Source: Histomonas meleagridis 2922-C6/04-290x
Taxonomy: Eukaryota; Protista; Parabasalia
Direction: 5' to 3'
Length of the DNA stretch: 64,000 nt
NCBI GenBank assembly: GCA_020184695.1
Contig: JAANOX010000275.1
Coordinates: 124,001 to 188,000 of the forward strand
Made by a program: the position numbers and the translations under genes. Below are positions 43,909 through 54,907 of this stretch, piece after piece. Each line of letters begins with the position of its first letter. Positions within the stretch are counted from its first letter, which is position 1. The notes under the pieces are model-generated. The model had not been told where the DNA came from, searched no databases, and worked only from the letters and a program-made list of their open reading frames with translations.

Positions 43909-44799
43909 TTAAAGAAGAAGAGTCGTTAATGAAACAATTAGAATTAGAATAAGTTTCTTTGGAAGAAAACTTGAAGATCCACCATATATGCCTTCTGGAA
44001 TGCAGTTTCCACCCGGTACCTCGTCTTCTTCTGATGGTGCATGGACAATTGACATAAATTCTTCAACTCCCATTCCTTTAGGAACAATTGTGAAAAGTTC
44101 ACCAGTTATGTCCGAGTAATATGCAAAGCGACACTCGCGATAAATCTTTAGTGCATATGATCGACAAAGTGGAAAAGATCGAACAATAGTTATATGATTC
44201 GGATCATTTTGATTTATATTTACAGGAAAGGCCATTTCGCTGATATTGGCGTGACATATTGCGCATGGAAGTTTTTGAATTAAATTGAGGCATCGTGGAT
44301 ATTGCTTGAATTTGTAACTATTTAGTTCTGCTTCAAGAGTGGCACTTTCTCTGGAAGATGAGTCAGAGGATTCATTGATTACGGTTCCTGCGTTGATAGC
44401 TTCAGTATTATAATCACTTGGGAAAACAGATTTGATTTGGGAATAATTGATACTAAAAATTGCATTACAGCACCCTTCAATAGCGTTATCCCCAGCGTAC
44501 ATTGGGCATATCTCGTGTAAATGTGGTACTCGTTCATCATGCCAAATTGAGGAATAATATGGATTCCGTGAGTAATCAAAAGACTCTACCACTTCCCCCT
44601 CTTCATTCGTTGTGTAAGCCCAAAAATGGTCATGTATATATAATATTGGCAAAATAAATGTATGAGGATTTTTATATTGGTAATATGCTAATGGCGAAAC
44701 AAAAGTAAATGATTGACTACTTAAATCATAAGCTGCGTCAATATCTCCAAGAGCTGAGCATCTTCCTGCTGAAACTGAGCCAAACAGCAAAGAAAGCAT
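43909..44799 (-). CDS. Cys-rich, putatively GPI-anchored surface protein (folate-receptor/NPC1-NTD/Fz-like domain)
   Basis: Signal peptide, CP...CC, CLNLIQKLPCAICH and PLCRSYALKIYREC cysteine spacing; hydrophobic C-terminus after SSS. Confidence 0.6.
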   Translation of the reverse strand: MLSLLFGSVSAGRCSALGDIDAAYDLSSQSFTFVSPLAYYQYKNPHTFILPILYIHDHFWAYTTNEEGEVVESFDYSRNPYYSSIWHDERVPHLHEICPMYAGDNAIEGCCNAIFSINYSQIKSVFPSDYNTEAINAGTVINESSDSSSRESATLEAELNSYKFKQYPRCLNLIQKLPCAICHANISEMAFPVNINQNDPNHITIVRSFPLCRSYALKIYRECRFAYYSDITGELFTIVPKGMGVEEFMSIVHAPSEEDEVPGGNCIPEGIYGGSSSFLPKKLILILIVSLTTLLL

Positions 44800-45076
44800 T
44801 TGTAAAGTTTTTCACATAAACCGTTTTGATCAGTGGATTATTTTGTAAATTATTCAAAAATATGGAACTGTAAACCGTGTATAACCATTCGAACCGCAGA
44901 ACGTTAACGTTTTTGCTAACGCTGATTGCCGAACGGAAATTCCATTTGAAACATAAAATTTTATATTTGACATTTTTTATAAAATTTTATACAAAGAACA
45001 TTTGACACGATCAAATTTATAAATGCCCATAAAAATATGCAAAATGATTTCAAATTATTTTTATTTCAATCAATAT

Positions 45077-46288
45077 TTAAGTGTAACCACTTACATAATA
45101 TAATTTCGGTATTTCTTTTTTGTTTGAAAAGAATGCTTTATTATAACCAGTGGCCACGTAATAACCTTTTCCGTCTTCTTCCAATTGTAATGCAGTTATT
45201 GGGTCTTGAAATTTATGAGGTGCTGGATCTTTAAAAGACAAGAATCTTGGTTCGTTTTTGAGATCAAACCTTACCACAGCATAATGTTTTTCACTGACAG
45301 TAGTTGCACCGCCAACTTTACATCCGACTAATGCATAATCGCGACATATTGCAACTGCATCAATTGGTTCAACTGCTTTTGTATTTGATTGATTTGGATA
45401 GAAATGCGTTTTCTTATTTTTAATATTGTCTTTAAATATTTCAAGACATCCTCCTCCTGTTCCGATGATATATTTAAGGGGATTAGCTCTTGTAATTGAA
45501 AAGCATGTTATCATTTGGCCTTCTTTTGTCGTATTATCACTGATCGCTAACATTGTGGACTTTTCGACACCACTTGGCGCAGATGGACTACGTATATCAA
45601 ATCGATGGACTTTAAATTTGTCAGTGGCAACACATATTGAGTTCTGTGTTACATTAAGTCCAATGCAACGTTCTTCTGATCCACATTCATGTAATAAACA
45701 TAAACGATTATTGGCACCATGGCGTATGTCCCAAATACACACTTTACCATCAAGAGAACATGATGCTATATGGCTGTTGTTAAAGATTTTGAGTCCTGTG
45801 ATTAAATGACTATGTGTGCCAATGTCATCATCTTTGACTTTATCGGTGAGTCTGTCAGTGGACTTAATATATCCGCTGATAGTGGCAAAAAATAGAGCAT
45901 TGTCACCAAGCGCACAGCGGGAAATACCTAAAAAATCATCATATGGATTATCAATGGAAACAATTGCTTTGAATGGCTCAGTACTTTGATGTACATACGA
46001 CGTCGTAGTTGTTTTATTCTTTTCAAAAATATATAATTGATTGTTCCATGTAGATATAGCTATTTTATCACGATTGATTGAAATATCGGAAATTGAATCG
46101 CAAGCAATTGGATCCTTAAGCTTAATCTCTACTTTACCTTTTTGATAATTTTGATTTTGAGAAAAAGTACTTCCAGTACCGTTTGGATTTGCAGAACCAA
46201 AACCAGTTCCAGCATTATTCACACCAAAAGAACCGGAAGTACTCCCAAATGCATTTGTTTGTGGCCAACCTGTTCCATAGGTGTTCAT
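45077..46288 (-). CDS. WD40 protein of the Rae1/Gle2/Bub3 type with an FG-rich N-terminal tail
   Basis: DSISDISI, STWNNQLYIF, SCSLDGKVCIWDIR; N-terminus AFGSTSGSFG..GTGFGS. Confidence 0.6.
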   Translation of the reverse strand: MNTYGTGWPQTNAFGSTSGSFGVNNAGTGFGSANPNGTGSTFSQNQNYQKGKVEIKLKDPIACDSISDISINRDKIAISTWNNQLYIFEKNKTTTTSYVHQSTEPFKAIVSIDNPYDDFLGISRCALGDNALFFATISGYIKSTDRLTDKVKDDDIGTHSHLITGLKIFNNSHIASCSLDGKVCIWDIRHGANNRLCLLHECGSEERCIGLNVTQNSICVATDKFKVHRFDIRSPSAPSGVEKSTMLAISDNTTKEGQMITCFSITRANPLKYIIGTGGGCLEIFKDNIKNKKTHFYPNQSNTKAVEPIDAVAICRDYALVGCKVGGATTVSEKHYAVVRFDLKNEPRFLSFKDPAPHKFQDPITALQLEEDGKGYYVATGYNKAFFSNKKEIPKLYYVSGYT

Positions 46289-46350
46289 TGATCGATTTTT
46301 TTATTTGTCTTTTCTTTTTCTGATGAAATAAAAATGTCAATAACGTTTTT

Positions 46351-47349
46351 ATGTCTAGATTAAGCACAAAACAATCACAAATTCTTCCAACAATTCCTGA
46401 ATTTTACTATGAGCAGAAAATTCTTGACTCTCAGGAAACCAATAATGCTATTTATGAAGTTATAGACAAAATTATAAATGATTGTTCGGAAATTATTTAC
46501 AAAAAATACATCCAAACTCAATTGATTCCATACGCATCGCGCACTATAGCTGAAGAGTTGTTAGTTAATGCATCATGGACAATGATTCCAATTTATGATG
46601 AAAATATTAATGCAGAACCTGATGAAGATCTTGAACTCCCACCAATTGATGAATGGGCAGGCGGTGTACTACCAATTCGAGAACAATCTGATCTCACTTG
46701 TTTAAGGTGTTCTGTTACACCACAACGAGATACACGCAAAACACCTCGGACAATTCATTCAACACGAACTCAAAGCGGACAACCATTTCCTGAGAAGCTT
46801 ACGTCCAAAGATATCAACAAGACGCCACTTACATTTACATCCAGATCTTTTCAGAAAAAGGATTCGTCGCATACAAAAACTGAAACCAAGCCACATCTTA
46901 CTGAAGCACAAATCATCACAAAGGCATTCGAAGAAGCCAAAAAGAAAACCAAATCACCAATGAAATCAATTACTGTTGATTCTAACTTTTCCGTAATACA
47001 AATAAACGAACCTAAAACACTTCCACCCACAATCATTGTTCCGAAAGTATCGATTACTAAGCCAGTAAAGCCAACTCAAGCAATTCATGCAAATAGACAT
47101 TCAACCCAACAACGTGAAAAACCTATGAAAAGAAGGAAATCCCAAACAAAATTGCTTGAACAAGATAATCCTGTGTTTGATGAAGAAATTACAGATATAC
47201 CTTTTGACCATAAATTTGTTTGCTCGCCAGGCGTTACACTCAAGGATGGAAACTTTGTGAAAAGCAAGGCACCACAAGCAAATAATTTGCAGCTCACAAG
47301 AGCCCAGTTTGAACAATATTTGGATGAAATGAAAAAAAATGATAATTAA
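46351..47349 (+). CDS. Hypothetical protein (Thr/Lys/Pro-rich C-terminal half)
   Basis: 332-aa ORF divergent from the WD40 gene; no domain recognised. Confidence 0.6.
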   Translation: MSRLSTKQSQILPTIPEFYYEQKILDSQETNNAIYEVIDKIINDCSEIIYKKYIQTQLIPYASRTIAEELLVNASWTMIPIYDENINAEPDEDLELPPIDEWAGGVLPIREQSDLTCLRCSVTPQRDTRKTPRTIHSTRTQSGQPFPEKLTSKDINKTPLTFTSRSFQKKDSSHTKTETKPHLTEAQIITKAFEEAKKKTKSPMKSITVDSNFSVIQINEPKTLPPTIIVPKVSITKPVKPTQAIHANRHSTQQREKPMKRRKSQTKLLEQDNPVFDEEITDIPFDHKFVCSPGVTLKDGNFVKSKAPQANNLQLTRAQFEQYLDEMKKNDN

Positions 47350-47800
47350 CAAATTCTGTTTTTATAAACTTTAATAATAAACGGTAAAAGAATAAATTAA
47401 CTGTTTCATTGTCATGAAAAATATGAAATGTATTGCAGAAAATTAATATTGAGAAATGTGAAAATGGTGACGAGATTAAAACATGTTTGTTGATTTCTTT
47501 GAGGTAATGCAATTGTGAAAATGATGATAAAAATACAAGTGAATTTTGGTGGAATTTAACACCATTACAAAATATTTTTCCTTTGACAAAAAAAAAATAA
47601 AATAAAATTGTAGAAACCTGAAGGAGAGAAGGATTTACAAAATATTAGAACTAATATTTATTTAGTTGGCGAGTAAAAGTGTTTTCAAGTTATGAACAAA
47701 TAACAAGTGAAAAAGCACACTTTTCATGATTAAGTAAAGCTATCAAAACTTGTGTTGTTTTTGCTGATAAAATAACCGTCATTCAACTGTTTCAACAACC

Positions 47801-49279
47801 ATGATTTCCCAAAAGAGTTCGGATCGAACAATTTTTTATTTATTCACGTCAAGCAAAGGAAAGAACTATTTCCATGATCCTGTCAAAAACGAAGTTTTTT
47901 GGGATGTTCCTTATAATTCCATTATTTATGATGGTAAAACAAATCAACAAATCAACTATGAACAAGCTAATCCCAATGGCCCAAAGATATCATCACCAAG
48001 TGGACATAATAAACTTCCACCAATGCCTTCATTAAATCGTCGTGCTGGTTCACAGCCAAAACTTACACCAGTCCGACGCCGCCAACGAAAAGCAACTCTC
48101 TTTTCATGTGAGACCAAAGTCACATCAGATTTACCTCCATATTTACCACCCTCAATTCTAACTGATAAAGATACAGTACCTTTCCAAGATTTTGCACAAA
48201 AGAATTTCCGAAAAACTGGCAAAAAGAAATCACGGTCCGATCTATTCGTATACGATGAAAATACAAATTTAATACCATTATTAGATATCACTGATTCCAA
48301 ACTCGTCAAAAAAAGTGTATCTATTTTTACCTTTATAGTCCATTATATGAATGATTCCGAATCCACACCAATATCACAACTTATTCATATTGTTAATGAG
48401 TCTTCAATATTAATTGATGAGATATATGTTCAACTACTAAGACAGGTTTATAGCTGTAAATCCAATGATGCTATATATCGAGGATGGGATTTAATACTTG
48501 TAATGTGTACATTGCTTATTCCAACCCCAAAAGTTCAATCCTTAGTTCGTTCGTTTCTTTCCACGTATTCATTTGACAACAACAAAGTCGTTGCGCGTAT
48601 ATCACGTCTGTCATATCTTCGTTTTGTCTCACTCATCAAAGGAAAACCTCCGCGTGAAGTGAACGATACGTACATTGATACAATTATTGAGAACAAATTG
48701 AGACATTTATTTGGATCGTCTTTATATGAAATCTTATATGTCCAAAACATATATTCATATAATAACTCACCATTACCAGTATTTTTACAAACACTTTGTG
48801 ACGCATTGATTTCGCGCGATGTATTTCATACCGATGGTATCTTCCAAGTTACAATTGAAGCAAAAAGATTAAATTCTTTAGTGTTTGATATCGAATCAGG
48901 GAAAGATGTATTGCAATATGCAACTGTTTTGGAGTTGGGATCATTGCTAAAGAAATTCATAAGCGAACTACAGCCTCCACTAATTTCGATTGCTGATGTG
49001 AAAGATGTACCAATAGATGACGTGCCAAAAGTCGCAGATAACTTACCAAAGGTCCAAAAAGACGCTTTGGCATATTTGGTACAATTCATTCGAAGGTTTT
49101 GTACAGAAGGAAACAAAGATGTAGAGCCGTACGCAATGCTGTTCGGATCAAACATTTTGCAAACAAGAGATTTGGCAAGCGACTGCATGAAGGAATACGT
49201 CCAATTGGCAAAGTCTACAATGCAAAAACTAATCGCAGATTGGGACGTGGGATTCCTGAATAGTAATAAAGAAAAGTGA
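47801..49279 (+). CDS. WW-MyTH4-RhoGAP protein (ARHGAP39-like architecture)
   Basis: WW (KGKNYFHDPVKNEVFWDVP), MyTH4 (DEIYVQLLRQ..GWDLIL), RhoGAP (LPVFLQTLCD..TDGIFQV, LLKKFISELQPPLI). Confidence 0.8.
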   Translation: MISQKSSDRTIFYLFTSSKGKNYFHDPVKNEVFWDVPYNSIIYDGKTNQQINYEQANPNGPKISSPSGHNKLPPMPSLNRRAGSQPKLTPVRRRQRKATLFSCETKVTSDLPPYLPPSILTDKDTVPFQDFAQKNFRKTGKKKSRSDLFVYDENTNLIPLLDITDSKLVKKSVSIFTFIVHYMNDSESTPISQLIHIVNESSILIDEIYVQLLRQVYSCKSNDAIYRGWDLILVMCTLLIPTPKVQSLVRSFLSTYSFDNNKVVARISRLSYLRFVSLIKGKPPREVNDTYIDTIIENKLRHLFGSSLYEILYVQNIYSYNNSPLPVFLQTLCDALISRDVFHTDGIFQVTIEAKRLNSLVFDIESGKDVLQYATVLELGSLLKKFISELQPPLISIADVKDVPIDDVPKVADNLPKVQKDALAYLVQFIRRFCTEGNKDVEPYAMLFGSNILQTRDLASDCMKEYVQLAKSTMQKLIADWDVGFLNSNKEK

Positions 49280-49947
49280 TTGTCATCGACTTTTGTACTA
49301 AATGCGAATTTGTGATTATAAAGTAAGAAGAATTTTGGATGTTGCGCTCTTTGGTGTCGGTAAATCCCATTTTATTAGACATGAAATGATGCTGAATAAA
49401 TTCATTTTAATAAAAAAATTGAAATTTTTTAACATTGTTGTGACTTAATTAAGAAAATCATTCATTGTACAATTTTTTAATATTTTTTATTATAATATTT
49501 TTATCTGTATTTGTTGTTAGATAAAATTTAGATATTATGTTAGCAAAATGTGGCATCTACTTGTTCCTTAATAGTTATAAAGAAAAATGATTGTCATTGA
49601 TTTTTGCGTCGTAAAAATTTGATTTGTGATGAAGTTAAAAAAGTTGGAATTAGATATGGTGGAATGCTGACCGATAATGAACTGCTTTGTGAGTGGGGGG
49701 CTTGTTTAATACGATGTGTTTTCAAAGAAATGCTGTTCTCAAGGTTAACTATAAATAAGATTGATTAATTGTCCATTTTGATAAAAAAGTAAAGGTTTCC
49801 TCGGAGATTTTTGTTTTCGGGTATTAATGAATTTCATACTTTGGAACATTAAACTAAAATCACTAAGATAAAATGAGCATTTACAACAAAATGAATAATT
49901 GCAATAATAAATCGAAATATGCATCAACATCAAAATGAATAAGTATC

Positions 49948-50395
49948 AAATTCACATTCACAACAAATAAATAATTGTAATAGTCAAAATTCACATTCAC
50001 AACAAATAAATAAATATCAAATTCACATTTACAACAAATAAATATTTGTAATAGTCAAAATTCACATTCACAACAAATAAATAATTATCAAATTCACATT
50101 CACAACAAATAAATAATTATCAAATTCACATTCACAACAAATAAATAAATATCAAATTCACATTCACAACAAATAAATAAATATCAAATTCACATTCACA
50201 ACAAATAAATAAATATCAAATTCACATTCACAACAAATAAATAATCGTAATAGTCAAAATTCACATTCACAACAAATAAATAATTATCAAATTCACATTC
50301 ACAACAAATAAATAAATATCAAATTCACATTCACAACAAATAAATAATTGTAATAATAAGACAAAATTCACATTCACAACAAATAAATAATTATC
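49948..50395. repeat. Minisatellite of 13 units with 32-bp and 39/43-bp variants
   Basis: Near-constant core aaattcacattcacaacaaataaataa followed by linker (a/t)tatc (32-bp unit) or (t/c)gtaatagtca (39-bp unit); unit order B A B A A A A A B A A B' A. Confidence 0.95.
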
Positions 50396-50459
50396 AAATC
50401 CATTTTCATGTTTGCAACTCCAAATTTCCATTTTTATTATGTTATATTTTTCTTACATT

Positions 50460-52940
50460 TCAGTTCCAATTTTTGTGCGACGATGCGCTCAATTGCCTGA
50501 TCCAAATTTTCCTTTCGTTGTTTAGCCACGAGAACTTATGGTTTAGCAGAATCTTCTTCAGTTCCTTCTGTGCGTCCTTATCGTTTATGTTATAAGGGTT
50601 GATCAACTTTGCGAAGTTTTCGTTACCGAAGTTTGTTTTAATGTTATGTTTTTCGAACAAGCTGAATCCATTCAGCAACAAAATGTATTGAATCTTTGCT
50701 GTTTTCATTACGTTCATATGATCCATCACTTTCTTTAATTGGATTTGCATTTGTTTATTTTTATCGATAAATTTATATAAGTTTTGATCCCATAAAACCC
50801 ATTCTCTAAATATTGTCCATGAGCTATTTAACAAACTATCATTATCAGATAACATCATATTAAATAAAATCGGCAAGAAACGATTCATGAAATCTTCCGA
50901 ATCATTTTTCACATAGATAGAAAACAATGAACAAACAGCTCGAAGTAACTTTGATTTTAAGTCGTCATTAATATTTGGTGTATAAAACATTGTTAATATC
51001 GATTGTTTAAATATTGGGAAATGTTCAATGAAACCTTTATCTTTTTTACGTGATTTAAACACTATAACTTTACATATTGATGATAATAATGATATTATTA
51101 AAGTCGACTTCATTGGTACATATTGCATTAAATGAAACATCGCAGTTTGACAATCAGTATAATTAACTTTAAGTCGTGACACTTGGAAATCAATTAATAA
51201 TGATAATAATGGAAATGAATTTAATTCGATGATATATTCATCAGTTGATATTGCATTAGGAGAACTAAAATAATCTTCGACAATAATACGTGAAATATTT
51301 GTATGATATAATAAGAAACTTGAAATTCGTGAAAATGCAAATGAATTATAAAGTTTAAGTTTTCCAATGAATAAATAAAATGGATGGAATTTATTATGAA
51401 TATGTTTTATAAATAATTTTGCATCATTTAAACTTAAGATTATAAAGACTGAAGTATGTAAATCTAATGATTCTTTTGTAATTGATTTATTATATGACAT
51501 AAATATTTCTTGTGAATTGTTCTCAAAGATTAATGACTTCTCGAAATTAAACGCGTTTTTATATGCTTTAATTTGTTCATTAACTTTATTATTAGATCCA
51601 AATTCACGTGATAATACTTCAATAAATTGTAATGAAAATGCAATGTATGTTAACTTCTCAAATATTGGATTCTCTTCTTTAGATTTATAATATGGTTGAC
51701 ATGAATATTGATTCTCACTAAATGTACATATAACATACGTCGAAAATGATACTGATTCGACATCTGAGAAGAATAATGATAAAATTGCTTCTGGTCGGAC
51801 AAGCATAATCTCTTCTAGAAATACATATATACGTGAGATGATTCGTATGTCTTGATAATTCCATTGATGGATTAAGGTGTTAAATTCTTGTAATAACTTA
51901 AATAATAATGGCGTGTTTGTATTGGCTTGGAAATTAATTAATGCTTTAAATTGACTTGGTGATAAATCACTTAAAAATGATATATCATTAACATTAGATA
52001 GTTCTGGTCCAATCCGATTAATATGTGAAAATTCGTTCCGTGAATATCGAATGGCTGATCGATAAAAACTAAAAATCATGTCTTTGTTGTCAATAGATTC
52101 AAAGTTATCGGTAAACCGTTGGATGATGTGTTGTTTCTCAACTTTGATACGGTTAAGTGATTCAATTAGCGGTTTCTGCGACGGTTGCTTCCGGGGGGGT
52201 GCAAGTATGATGGTGTTAATGTCAATAAATAATGTTTGAAGATGTTTATCAGATGGAATGGTTAATGGATCAGCATCTTTGTATTTGTCAGGATCAAATA
52301 CATTGTTGTTTGGTGTTCGTGGTAATTGCGAATTGGTCGATTGTTCAATAGGATTGGGCCTATTAGCTGGAATTTCAACACAACCACCGATTTCGCGAGG
52401 ATGAATAAGAAATTGTTTTCGAGTTTCTAAGTTGCTTTTCCAATTTGACATCGCTTCTAAATATTCTTCATAAGTGTCATAATATAATGGATTAGGTTCT
52501 TGCAGGAACAATTCAGATCCCCAATGCTTTTTTTCTTGGATATATGCACTCATAGGAACTGACTGATTATCAAATGTTGATTGTATTGAAATATTTTTAA
52601 AATCATGACCTAAAACCATCGCCTCATGCATAAGTAAGTTGGCAGAAGGAAATGGGGGATTTTGTTGATAATTGATTCGAAATTTAAAACCTTTTCTAAT
52701 AGGAATGAAATGTGGTACTGGGCGTCTGACACTAATTGATAATGGAAGTGGGAGAGAAATTCCATCTGATAGTGCTGTAACTTCTTCTTCCCATTCTTGA
52801 CATTTTAACATATAATCTTTTTCACTTTTGAAATCATTTGGCAAAGGAAAGAGGGAATACTCGGGCGGTTGCACATGGCTTTCTGTCTTATAATCAGGAT
52901 CTAATATTTTCCCATCGAAATCGCCATGGCAAGAGATCAT
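50460..52940 (-). CDS. Hypothetical protein with twin PxP..[FY].[ST]..[DE]Y......W motifs and a helical/ARM-like C-terminus
   Basis: 826-codon ORF from ATG 52940; motifs PLPNDFKSEKDYMLKCQEW and PNPLYYDTYEEYLEAMSNW. Confidence 0.65.
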   Translation of the reverse strand: MISCHGDFDGKILDPDYKTESHVQPPEYSLFPLPNDFKSEKDYMLKCQEWEEEVTALSDGISLPLPLSISVRRPVPHFIPIRKGFKFRINYQQNPPFPSANLLMHEAMVLGHDFKNISIQSTFDNQSVPMSAYIQEKKHWGSELFLQEPNPLYYDTYEEYLEAMSNWKSNLETRKQFLIHPREIGGCVEIPANRPNPIEQSTNSQLPRTPNNNVFDPDKYKDADPLTIPSDKHLQTLFIDINTIILAPPRKQPSQKPLIESLNRIKVEKQHIIQRFTDNFESIDNKDMIFSFYRSAIRYSRNEFSHINRIGPELSNVNDISFLSDLSPSQFKALINFQANTNTPLLFKLLQEFNTLIHQWNYQDIRIISRIYVFLEEIMLVRPEAILSLFFSDVESVSFSTYVICTFSENQYSCQPYYKSKEENPIFEKLTYIAFSLQFIEVLSREFGSNNKVNEQIKAYKNAFNFEKSLIFENNSQEIFMSYNKSITKESLDLHTSVFIILSLNDAKLFIKHIHNKFHPFYLFIGKLKLYNSFAFSRISSFLLYHTNISRIIVEDYFSSPNAISTDEYIIELNSFPLLSLLIDFQVSRLKVNYTDCQTAMFHLMQYVPMKSTLIISLLSSICKVIVFKSRKKDKGFIEHFPIFKQSILTMFYTPNINDDLKSKLLRAVCSLFSIYVKNDSEDFMNRFLPILFNMMLSDNDSLLNSSWTIFREWVLWDQNLYKFIDKNKQMQIQLKKVMDHMNVMKTAKIQYILLLNGFSLFEKHNIKTNFGNENFAKLINPYNINDKDAQKELKKILLNHKFSWLNNERKIWIRQLSASSHKNWN

Positions 52941-54177
52941 ACGCTGTAAAAACCGTTTATACACGGTTAAAACGGTTATGCTATAAAATTATTTTACAGT
53001 TCAACTCAACTTATTAAAGGAACTTCACGATGATTGAAGTGTTTTACAAAATCATTCTGCATTAATTTATTTTTTCTTGTTTAATTTTGAAATTAAATGT
53101 GATTTTCTTGGATTTCCCATCCATTGCAATGATGATAAAATTTTTTTACGATATCTGGTGGTAATTCATTACAAAGTTGAAAAAATGCTTCCCTTTTTTT
53201 CTCTGGTGTTGAAGAATTCATTTTTTGCAGTCTTGATTATAAGAACTGTCACATACAGATCCTAATTTTGCTCCTTGCGGTGGAAAAAAAGAAACATTTT
53301 ACGTGATGTGATTCGAAATTAATCTGAATAGATTTGTTCGCATGACTTCTAAGGCGATCCATTAATTAATATTTTTGATTGTGTGATGAATCAAATTAAA
53401 TATATAAAATGAATAAAATATTATTAACACATCTTCCTTATGTTCGCATACATATCTACGATAAATAAAAAATAACCAGTCCTATATTGAAATATGCTCG
53501 AAATTCAATTTTCGATTAATTTCACTTTTTCTCGAAAAAATTAAATCAAATGAATAGCAAATTTGATATTGTAAATAATAAGAAAGCATATTGTATCTAT
53601 TATTTATAAAAATATTGAAAATTTAAATTTTGCCTGCGCTTCTTATGTGTATAACAAAACACTATTTTCAAATTCAGGAATTGATTAAAAATTATAGGAT
53701 ATAAACTCTATTCCTTTTTAAATTATGAATAATTTGCATGCCTGAATGATGAATAATTTTTTTTCCTTTTCCTCCTTGAATCAAAACATGTATTTTTTTC
53801 TATACTTTATGATAGCATTTTATAAACGTTATAGTTGTAAATTTGTTTATTTGAAAATTAATTTGTAATTTACTAAAATAATATATCAGCATCAACCAAA
53901 AAATATTATGTTTTTTATTATATTTCAAAATCAATACTTGTGATCTTTTTAATAAATATTCTTGATAATGCAACAAATTAATTTTCTATGAGATCTATCA
54001 AAGTATTCAAAAAGTTTGAGAGTACCCCGAAAAACAAAGTTAAAAAGTGCTTTCTACTAGATTCCAGGACTTGAACGATCATTGTCACATAACAATTCAT
54101 AAACACCCTGTTTATTCTATGGTTTATTTCCATAGAAATATCTGCTTTTTTGAGATAAATGCAATCAGTTTACAAAG

Positions 54178-54618
54178 ATGTCGTTGACCGTTGAAGATGC
54201 TGAAAAAATGAGAGAAATGTTCAACAAATTCGATACTGATGGTAATGGATCTCTTGACATCGAAGAATTCAAGGTATTCTTGACTGAAATGGATGAAGAA
54301 TTTGATGATGAAGAAGTTGCTGAAGTTTACGCTGTATTTGATCACGACCATGATGGAGCCCTCAAGTTTGAAGAATTCGTTGAATATGTCAAATGTATTC
54401 AAGATGGAGATGATACACTTATTCTTCAACATCGCTTCAACGCCATTGACCTTGATCACAATGGTACTCTTGATGCAAGTGAAATCCAAAAGTTCCAGGA
54501 ACTTTGTGGAAACAGGATTTCTATTGAAGAAGCCGAACAATTAATTAAAGAAATGGATACTGATGGAGATGGCTTGCTAACCCTTGATGATTTCATCAGA
54601 TACAAACAAGAGCACTAA
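54178..54618 (+). CDS. Four-EF-hand calcium-binding protein (calmodulin-like)
   Basis: Loops DTDGNGSLDIEE, DHDHDGALKFEE, DLDHNGTLDASE, DTDGDGLLTLDD. Confidence 0.92.
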   Translation: MSLTVEDAEKMREMFNKFDTDGNGSLDIEEFKVFLTEMDEEFDDEEVAEVYAVFDHDHDGALKFEEFVEYVKCIQDGDDTLILQHRFNAIDLDHNGTLDASEIQKFQELCGNRISIEEAEQLIKEMDTDGDGLLTLDDFIRYKQEH

Positions 54619-54907
54619 AAATAATTCAAATTATTTTGTTTTTATACTATTTTAGAGCTAAACTCATTTGTCGTAACGTACAGGGCACTCAATTTTTCTA
54701 TTAGGTCATAGAATTTCTAAAAGTGTTTTTGCACCTGGTGCGACTTCCAGTTGAACAACTTAATTTCAACAAGTTGATGAAAACTTGATTATAATTTCTT
54801 CTGTAAAAACGTAACAATACTATTTGGTAATTATTTAATGCTTAATGGGTACAGAAAAATGTTTTCTAAAAAACCGGAATTCGGGGTGGTCTTTAGCCTA
54901 TTGGCTA

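Noticed and set aside
49948-50395. CRISPR-like array
   Set aside because: Linkers are 5-16 bp and recur in only two types rather than being unique spacers; no cas genes; eukaryotic context
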